Below, one piece after another: positions 54,420-64,000 of a stretch of DNA of 64,000 nt. The notes under the pieces were generated by a model, which did not search any database, had not been told where the DNA came from, and saw only the letters and a list, made by a program, of their open reading frames with translations. A program made the translations under genes and the position numbers. Numbering within the stretch: position 1 is the first letter of the stretch; the number at the start of each line of letters is the position of its first letter. The DNA comes from Eledone cirrhosa (lineage: Eukaryota), in contig OZ024746.1 of assembly GCA_964016885.1 (NCBI GenBank), forward strand, positions 87,978,001-88,042,000, read 5' to 3'.

Positions 54420-55105
54420 AATGGAAAAGAATGAAACGAAATATCATTTCTCACTCTTAGTACGGCTGATACTTAAATGTAAGTATGTATGTATACGTAC
54501 ATACATATATGTATACAGACGTACAGTATTATGTATATATAAATATACATACATTCACACATATATGCATGTACGTATGGGTTTACCGAACACTTATTAT
54601 AATGTTCGGTTTGTTTGTAAAGAAACAGCCCGAATTACGCCGTACAGTGTTCAGGCAACCATCGTCGCATTTTGTTCAACACTGACACAGGGTCGATGTA
54701 CTAGTTTCATGCTTATTAGCTATCGTCAGCATCGTATACCTTCCTGCCAGATAAGCGAACGTCTGAAAGTATATACTTTCCTTATGCATATTAACGGCTG
54801 AGCAGCCTTATATGCATATCGAGTGAGTTTGTCGGTCGGGCACACCGAAAACGATAAATGGAAAATAATGAAACGATATTTCATTTCTCACTCTTAGTAG
54901 GGCTGACACTTAGATGTAAGTATTTATGTATACGTACATACATATATTTTGCATACATATATATTACAAATAAACCGCACATTATAATAAGTGTTTGGTA
55001 AAACCATACGTACATGTATATATGTGTGCATGTATGTATATATATACCTACTACTGTACGTATGTATACATATATGAATGTACGTATACATACATACTTA
55101 CATTT
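54420..55105. repeat. ~440-bp repeat: partial tandem plus inverted partial copy
   Basis: AATGAAACGA…TTTCTCACTCTTAGTA at ~54430 and ~54867; 54965-55105 is inverted relative to 54475-54620. Confidence 0.85.
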
Positions 55106-55494
55106 GATTGATAGTACACAGGTACACTATACTTGATTTGATAGTACACAGGTACACTATATTTGTTTCCAGGCTTCTATTTTGTAGTGAACATTTATGC
55201 GGCAGGTGACAGTTACCCTTGGAGGCTTTCATGTGTGCAGGTTCTACATTGCGGCTTTGTATGTTATCAGGGATGGGCTGAGATTTAGTTTTATTGATGG
55301 TTTGTTGCTATGTGCCCTGACGCATGTGTTTGGTAGTGATGTTGTGTTTGCGTTTTGTATTGCTATGGTGTATGTTGGTAGGTTATTTTCTTTAGAGATT
55401 CTTTTATGCATGTGAGAGTAAGAGAGTTTGATAGTATTTCTGTTAAAGATGCTATGGTATTTGTGTAGTTTATATATTTGTGTACTTTTCTATA

Positions 55495-55552
55495 TAGGAT
55501 TCTCTGATTCCTGATGATTTCACAACAATGCATCAGTTCTCGTCCTGTAGAA

Positions 55553-55589
<37 letters not shown>

Positions 55590-55722
55590 TAGATGAGATT
55601 CTACAGGACGAGAACTGATACATTGTTGTGAAATCATCAGGAATCAGAGAATCCTTATACACTGCTATGCATTGAGTACCTTACCTACTGAGGTTACCTC
55701 CGATTCAACCCGGAATAACTTA
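55495..55722. mobile_element. Family A terminus: tail-to-tail HHR pair around (TA)n plus tail
   Basis: GGATTCTCTGATTCCTGATGA…GTAGAATCTCAT, then (TA)n, then its reverse complement; both GAAA motifs are mutated. Confidence 0.8.
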
Positions 55723-55725
55723 CCT

Positions 55726-55830
<105 letters not shown>

Positions 55831-55858
55831 TTATTTATACATATATATATATATAAAC

Positions 55859-55910
<52 letters not shown>

Positions 55911-55964
55911 GAAAATTAGAAATTAGAAATTATAAGCTTTCACCGTATTTTAGACTAAAGAAAT

Positions 55965-56076
<112 letters not shown>

Positions 56077-56209
56077 ATATATATATACAGCGACAGAAAC
56101 CACTCCATGTTATGCCTAGCCGAGTCAGTTGATATGCTGATATTATTGAATTGAAACCAGCCATTGACTCAATATCTGAGATAATTATCGACTGTAGATA
56201 CACCAGGAT

Positions 56210-57645
56210 AAAATATACACGACATTCACTAGCATGGACGCCAGTATAAAGTTCAGCATGGAACACCCCGATGGCCGCGGATCCCTATCCTTACTGGACT
56301 TCCAACTCAGGGTACAGAGGAAGGCAAAATCTACACCTGCTTCTATAAAAAGCCGCCAGCAGTGAGCTGTTCTTATATTTCAGCTCGGCCCTCCCAGCCG
56401 GCGCTAAGTTTGGATACATAAGGAACGAACTAACACGTATCCCTAACAAATGCACCGACGCTAGAGATCGAGACACACACACAACACATTTTCTGGAAGT
56501 ACTGAAACTGAACGGATACCCGACGTCCAACACGTACCGTGCCAGAAAGGACAGAGGACACCACACCCGAGGCACTAACACTTGCTTTCTGAAGCTCCTA
56601 CACTTTAGTGACGAAGCAACAACAGCCATCCGCAAAGCTATCAGACGAGAGGGAATAGATATCCAACTAGCCCACTTAGGACCTTCTCTACGCGGACAGC
56701 TAACCAAAGGACACTGCACCAGACAGGACAGCTGCTGCAGGCTAGCCACCTACCCCATCAACGACAGAGACCTATGCCACCAGGCTTACGTCGTATTCAG
56801 ATTAGAGCGCGAGAAATGCAGCAATTTCTACGTAGGTAGCACCACCAGACCACTTCACATAAGAATAAAAGAACACCTCAATACTAACGCTTCCTCATTT
56901 AAGAAACACCTAGTGAAATGCAAAAACACCGACAAAAACATTACAGTTAGGATAGAAACTAAGGAAAGAAACCTCGGCAATCTTAGAATTAAGGAAGCAC
57001 TGATTATAGACAAAACACAACCACCAATCAATAATAGACTAGAACTCAACATCCAATTTATAACTTGATAGAGCACCTAGCCCCACACTTACACTCCCCT
57101 CTCACACACGCACACGCACACACACACGCACACACACACACACACACACACGCTTATACCTCCACTTATTCTCTCTCACACACACGTACACACACAAAGA
57201 CCAGTTTTAACATGATAGAGCATCTAGCCCCCGCATTTACGTTTAGACATATCTTCTCACACTCACACACACACACACACACACACAAACACATACTTAC
57301 ACAATCACGTATTCTCCCACACACTAAAACATACATGTACAAAACCCCTTTTAAAGGGAGACTACTCTTTATCCACTTAACCTTCACTCTTTGACATTAG
57401 AGATAGAATGGACTTGGCAAGCTAATTATAACACTGGATTAACCCCTTTACTTCCCTCCGAAGAAGAGATATTATCTCGAAAATTAAAGATATTTAAATA
57501 CATTTAAGGTAAATGATTAATTGTCAACTATATCTTTTGCATTTGGATTTATATTCTATATCCATACCTGCATTAACTTGGCCTTACAACTACAAACGTT
57601 TATACCTCATTACACAATGCTTCAAGTGAACTATAACTTCCTCCT
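56210..57645 (+). mobile_element. Penelope-like element: RT C-terminus, GIY-YIG, 3' UTR, HHR-like terminus
   Basis: IKFSMEHPDGRGSLSLLDF…FYKKP…LKLNGYP…CHQAYVVFRLEREKCSNFYVGSTTRPLHIRIKEH…LRIKEALII…PPINN; CCGAAGA-agagat att atctc-GAAA at ~57458. Confidence 0.9.
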
Positions 57646-57757
<112 letters not shown>

Positions 57758-58188
57758 AATCCAAAGAATCATTAGATAAAAGGTATACATTTTTCCTCTC
57801 CCAAGCAGTAAAAATCAACCACATAAAAAATCATTTAAACGAGGATATAAGTTTAAAATGTACTTACGAAGAAATAATAAACAAATGATACAGATTACTC
57901 TCAACGATGTACCGCTATGTGACACTTATCTACTTATTTCTTCTAGCCTGTAGAAATTGACTAGACAAATAGCTAACTACACGGAATTAGGTACAAAATA
58001 GACGTTTGAAGAAAAAATGCACATACATTTTATCAGAATTCTCATAGTCTCTACCACCCGGTGATTTCGTTCCGCTTTTTCGATATACGCGGATTTATAT
58101 AGCTCTGATTAATAATTATTTAATTAATTCTTCATTGAGCTACATCGTAAATGGTTGCCAAACTCATATATGTATTTGCGACTATGTC

Positions 58189-58226
<38 letters not shown>

Positions 58227-58242
58227 GACATTTAATATATAT

Positions 58243-58317
<75 letters not shown>

Positions 58318-58476
58318 TACAAGTTTCTGTATCTGTGTTTAGGTTTGTCTTTGATTATATATATTGTATCTTGTACCATAGCGATTCAACAAATAGTGAT
58401 CGATAACATGTGTACCAGGCTTGGAAAGCGAAATACAAGATCAGATATTATTAAATAACATTAAATAAATCCCGTC

Positions 58477-58577
58477 ACGGTTAACTTTGCCTTTCATCCT
58501 TATGGGGGCGCTAAAATAAGGTACTAGAAATGTACTGAGTAATTGCTGGCCATGCGCCAAAAGTAGAAACAATTATT
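58477..58577 (+). mobile_element. 5'-truncated SINE
   Basis: GGTTAACTTTGCCTTTCATCC…AAAAGTAGAAACAATTATT. Confidence 0.8.
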
Positions 58578-59289
58578 AAATAAATTCTGTTAACACATTG
58601 CTTCATCATGGCCGCTTTTCAAACATTGAAAACAATTATGTAATTCTGCTTGGGTGCGCTTTACTAAGCACAATTCTATATGTTTGCATTTTTGTCGCAG
58701 TAAAATAAGCTGCATTCACAAAACTACCCAGTTCCTATAGCATTAAACTTGTTGTATTTTCTAATAACAGTGATTAGTAAAAATTAGTTTGGCGCTGCTG
58801 ATTTTGTTTTATTTATTTCTTAAGTTTTAATTTTGGTTAGCTATTCTTGCTTAGAACTGTAACCAAATAATTGCCAATTATGTAACTGTGAGTTAAAGAC
58901 TGAAGATAAAATCATGTATGCTTAACAACTTTTTTATATTTTATTCTAATGTACATTTTATTTCTTTTTACTTAAACTGATCATCAAGGAAGATAGAAAA
59001 CAATGCAAACTTTGAAAGGAAAATGAAAGATTCTCAGGACTTTGGAAAATATCATGAATTCAACCTAGTAAAACGAGTCGTATAATTAAATAATACAGCC
59101 AGTTCAGTCCTATGCTTGTGAACTGCCAATATTTATTTTCTCTATACGTTAGCTGCAGATTGATAACACAATCTGCTTGGAAATTAATACATTGTATGTT
59201 GCAAAATTACATGAGTAAACTGATATTTAGAAAAAGTAACTTAAAATGTGTTTGATATTCCTCTAGTGAGCCAACATCCCAGCAGTTTA

Positions 59290-59368
<79 letters not shown>

Positions 59369-59750
59369 ATTTATTTCTCTATATTTTTCTCACTCTATTT
59401 TTCTCTTTCGATCGCTGTCTCTTTCCTATTTATTTTGCTTTTTCTTCTTATGTACTACATTTATCTTCTCCTGCTTTCTAATTTCAGTGTGCTGATGTTG
59501 ATTCATAATTACAGCACTTGACATTACATGATGTTAAGATAAGAGATACATCTGAATGTAAACTATACATTTATATCATGTTTTATCATTCAGACTGACA
59601 GAATCGATCACATATCATGAATTCCATGAAATGGAGACATTATAGTATCGAAATTCGAGTTGAACCGACAATTCGTGAGACTCGCCTGTACATCCCTTAC
59701 ATTTACATTACCGTATTTATATACATACATACATGTATATATGCATATAC

Positions 59751-59844
<94 letters not shown>

Positions 59845-59846
59845 AC

Positions 59847-59924
<78 letters not shown>

Positions 59925-60117
59925 GTTATTCCGGGTTGAATCGGAGGTAACCACAGTAAGTAAGGTACTCAATACATAGCAGAGTATAACAGTTTTAATA
60001 TAGATGAGATTCTACAGGACTAGAACTGTTTCATTCATTAGAAATCATCAGGATTCCTGATGATTTCTAATGAATGAAACAGTTCTAGTCCTGTAGAATC
60101 TCATCTATATTAAAACT
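59925..60117. mobile_element. Family A terminus with perfect 63-bp-arm palindrome
   Basis: 59991-60053 is the exact reverse complement of 60055-60117; flanked by (TA)n. Confidence 0.92.
60052..60100 (+). ncRNA. Type I hammerhead ribozyme, intact core
   Basis: gattc-CTGATGA-tttc taat gaat-GAAA-cag ttctagtc ctg-TA-gaatc. Confidence 0.8.
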
Positions 60118-61389
60118 ATATATATATATATATATATATGTATACACATATATGTATATATGCATTTTTACATATATTCATACTTGCATACCTACAGCTT
60201 CATACGCGTCCAAGCATATGCACAGATGGAATTATTTGTATCCACGCATAGATGAAGATAGATAAATACATAGGTATTGAAAGTTAGATAGACAGGATAT
60301 ATTTATATTTAGTAGGAAAAAAATATGAGAAAACCTATCAAACACTGAGTGTTTTATCTCTGCAGATAATAAGGAAATATGATTCAAGCAATTGCTTTCA
60401 CATTCTCCTTCAAGCGAAATACATACATAGAGAGGACGTGTAGTGGAAATTCAAGAGATATAGTATGTATTTGTTGTTTAGTAAATTTGTTATCTTATAA
60501 AATGTCATGTCAAGTTAACCTGAATAAAACCAGAGACACACGTCTATGTAAATACGTAGGGAGGATATTTAGTTTCAACCTAATTTTTTTTGGTAGCGTC
60601 AATCGGCAAATTATGTAATATCCAAATTCACTGTCAACCATGGATATTTGGAAATCAAAGTTAAATTTAAAAAAAGAAAAGGAAATATTTAGTTAGAAGC
60701 AATGTCTTATTACTATGTTACTGATTTATAATTGTTTGTAGACTACATGTATATATAGAAATATTTATCGATATTGATATACAGTTGAGTAACATATTCC
60801 AGGTATGCAAGGTTAAAGACCAAATCTAGAAACACCTTTCAACAAACTAAAACATAAATAATCAAATTAGGATACACACACACTCACCCCCCCCCCCCCC
60901 CCACACACACACACATTTATATATATATATATATATCTCCAGTTGGCGTTTTGTTTATTGAAAAAATAAATCATATCTTGTATTAAGTGCGTACGTCGTC
61001 TGTTGGTAGGAACGATATATCCTTTAATCTTAAAATATAGTTAAAAAATTGCTACTCTCCGTGTATTATACCTGTGGACGGATGTAATAAAATAGATTGT
61101 CTAACAAGAACACACACACACATACGCACACACACACATACACACACATATACACACACACATACACATACAAACACACACGCACACATACATATATATA
61201 TATGAGAGTGTTAAAGTTTGTTTGAAGCATTGTGGAATATGAAAAATAGTCGTTTTGGAAGCCTCAACATGTAGATGGGTTATCTCCGTATAACAAAATC
61301 AGGTGGTATCGAGAAAGGGAGATGTAAGAGGAAGCACAGAAAGACACGTAGCGAGCGTAAAAGAATGTAGGAAAAGTGCAAAAAATAAC

Positions 61390-64000
61390 AACACGAGATA
61401 GAGTTAACTTTCAAGCGATTTTATCGTCCCTATATTTCGGATTTCACATCCATCAACAGGGGGTATTTCGAGGGGAAAGAGTTGTGTCTGAGAAGGAAAA
61501 CACGTGCTCTTCGTTGTTTACAGTGTGCGTACAACTAAAATGTTCTATCGGCGCTTGTGCGCGCAGGATTGGTGCGTTAAGATAAAGTTCACAGCTGTTC
61601 TTCTATACTAGACAAGTAGGGTGGTGGTGGTTGGTTTGTGTGTACGTATCATTGCTGCCAAGTCCTTGCCTTCTGTCAATGGTAGTGAGGACAGTGGCAG
61701 GTATTGTGATACTAATCTGCCTGTCTGTACTGGTCAGTGGGTGGTAAACGCGATATATACACACTAACAATCACTCGATTGTCACTGTGTGTGTTGTTTT
61801 TGTTCCATTTATTTCTCTCTGTTCCATTTATTTCCATTTCTGGTCTCTCGGATCGAATCGATTATTGATCATGGTCCGAGGCATTTGATCCAGAGTACTT
61901 CCTTGATCATTAAAGTGACGATGTTGCGCTCCGACGTTAATGGGCCATCAGTCTTTGTTTCTTCATGTTATTATGTGTTTTCGGAAAGACGTGGCCCTAG
62001 TGTTCATGTGTTTCTTGATCCGGGCCTGAGGTGGGCGGATGGTGCTACCAATGTAGAATTCACTACATTCGATCTCATATACGATGTAGGTGCGTAAGCA
62101 ACATTTCGTCCGGTGTATCAGAATTTCGTTGAAGTAACACGCGTCATCCGGTATGTCAGGTTTCCTGAAGAGCCACCTCCGCAGGGAGGGCACCGAGTGG
62201 GCCAAGTAGATATCGAGACCATCCCTCCGTATGAACAGCTCTGGCGGTTTCTTTGCCCAGGTGCGGGATCTTAATGAAACATTTACCTTTCGTGTTTCTC
62301 TGCCTCTTGTGTCTGGTGTCCCTTATTACTTTTGTAAAACATCCTGGATATCGATCGTCTTCAGCACCCTGTGGAACTGCTAAGTGTGGGTGAAACCAGT
62401 CACGGGATCAGTGCATCTATTTTTAATCCGCGTGATAACGTTTTTGATGTACCAACTTTCAGCACTGTTATGGAGGGCAGATTTGAAGTGGACGAACAAG
62501 TCCCAGCTGGCCGCGTTGTGGTAAATGTTGGTGTTGGTCTCTCCCTGTTCCATGATGTTGAATCGAAAGTCGAGGAGGGCAAAGGATCCATCGTCGCTGG
62601 GGTGCTAAAGCTGAAGTCAATATTCTCCTCCGTATTGTCGAACGTCCCATATATGCCATTCGCCATCTCCCGGGAAGACGTGAGGATGAGGATATCATCC
62701 AGGAATCTTGAGAAGAAGCCGTGGGAATGGGGTTGCATGCGTTGAGTGCCCTGCGTTTCAGGCTGTCCATATACGAGATCGCTAGGACATCGGACAGCCT
62801 TGACACCCTCGGTAGCCCTGAGGTCTGCCGGTACGTGTGGTCGAGAAAGTTTAAATTGTTGTTGTCAACGACAACAGATAGGAGCTGGTTGATATCGAAG
62901 GAGACGAGCCTGAAGCCGTGTAGATTAGTAGACTCGACACTTTCTGTCAGTATGTTGACGGCTGGGATCAACGGGACCGGGGTTCACAGAGCGACAACAT
63001 CAAAGCTGAAGGCATATCTGTTATCCCTTCGGGTGTCTGGATCCATTTAGTGTAGACAGCCTGTGGCATCCCCGGAAATGTTGACATGTCCCAGGAGTGT
63101 GTTCAGTAGAGGATTTTATATTTTGGATAGACACCATGAAATTTTGTAAAGCGGCCTTTCCACGTGGATACCTTAGCCCTGATTTTCACTTCAAGTCCTT
63201 GCTTGTATGTTTTCAAGAGGTGATAGAAGGCCCGTAGTCTACTATTCCTTGTAAGGAGGTTGTTTCTAAGCATCTTTGTGAGTCTCCAGCGGTCGCAGAT
63301 ATTGATCCAAGTGGTGTTGATATGTCCCTGGATCTACGCTGGAGTTATCCCTGTGACCTTGGCGTAAAGGCTGTCATGGCCACGTTGTTGGAGAGCTATG
63401 TTGTTGTCCTCTCTGGTGATGACGCAGAATTACCTTTCCTTGTCGGAGGAGAGATAATTGAGTTTCCTCGATTTCAGATTAATGAGAGCGGTGAGCTGTG
63501 ATTTAGTGAGGTTGCATGTTGTGTATATGTGTGTGTGTGTGTATATATATGTGTGTGTGATTGTTGGTGTGTGTGTGTGAGGTTAAGTAAGATGTCAGAG
63601 ATAGAGTGTTTCAACCTAATGAGTCTTATGTCAGTTTTGTCGTTGGAGGGTGGGGTGGAGCGGGTTGTGTAAGTAGTACGTGGGAAATTTGGGTAAGTTT
63701 GTATAGGTGCTGTAATTTTCGGTGGTATTGTTGATGGCGTTTACCCATTCCAGCTGGTAGGGGGCTCGGTAGAATTTGGCCTCGATGTCGAGTCCAAATC
63801 CGTCGTCGAGCCGAGGCGTAAGAGTTTCAGCTCCTCGTTTGTGAGGGTACTGCTTAGGTCCGTGACCTGGTACATCACGTCGTTGAAGTGTAGATCATGT
63901 TGATGGACGCGGAAGTGGCGGTTGTAATATTGCTGTCCATAACGTGGTCCTTGGCCCTCCGTCTGTTAACGTTGGTGCTTTCGTTGATGAGTTTGCTCCA
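61390..64000 (-). mobile_element. Penelope-like element (RT + GIY-YIG, frameshifted), extends beyond the window
   Basis: TYRQTSGLPRVSRLSDVLAISYMD…FFSRFLDDILILTSS…IVYEIECSEFYIGSTIRPPQARIKKH; HHR-like ccc-CTGTTGA-tggat gtgaa atcc-GAAA-ta-TA-ggg at 61427-61463 (-). Confidence 0.9.

Noticed and set aside
55105-55162. Short direct duplications (also 13422-13463 and the ~110-bp compound microsatellite duplication at 52380-52650)
   Set aside because: Ordinary local slippage duplications with no further structure.

Overview
AT-rich eukaryotic DNA packed with (TA)n, (CA)n and (CT)n microsatellites, most likely intergenic or intronic. The dominant tRNA-derived SINE (…GACTTTGCCTTTCATCCTTACGGGGTCGATAAAATAAAGTACCAGT…) resembles the abundant octopod cephalopod SINE; this is from memory and was not checked by search. 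I found no credible host gene, and almost all supplied ORFs are microsatellite artefacts. The recognisable coding remnants all belong to transposons: several Penelope-like elements (PLE; RT and C-terminal GIY-YIG), RTE LINE pieces, an L1/Tx1 3' end, a CRE-like RLE element nested inside an RTE endonuclease, an internally deleted mariner and a probable Helitron end. The main structure the ORF track does not explain is about 30 type-I hammerhead-ribozyme-like motifs (manual count) from a dozen or more sequence families. They lie in short PLE terminal (pLTR) pieces that repeatedly form head-to-head or tail-to-tail palindromes inserted in (TA)n tracts and nest inside one another. The same palindromic, TA-embedded design also appears in a tRNA-like element and in a ~400-440 bp tandem unit, which may be non-autonomous passengers of the PLE machinery. 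Coordinates were read by hand and ends are approximate.
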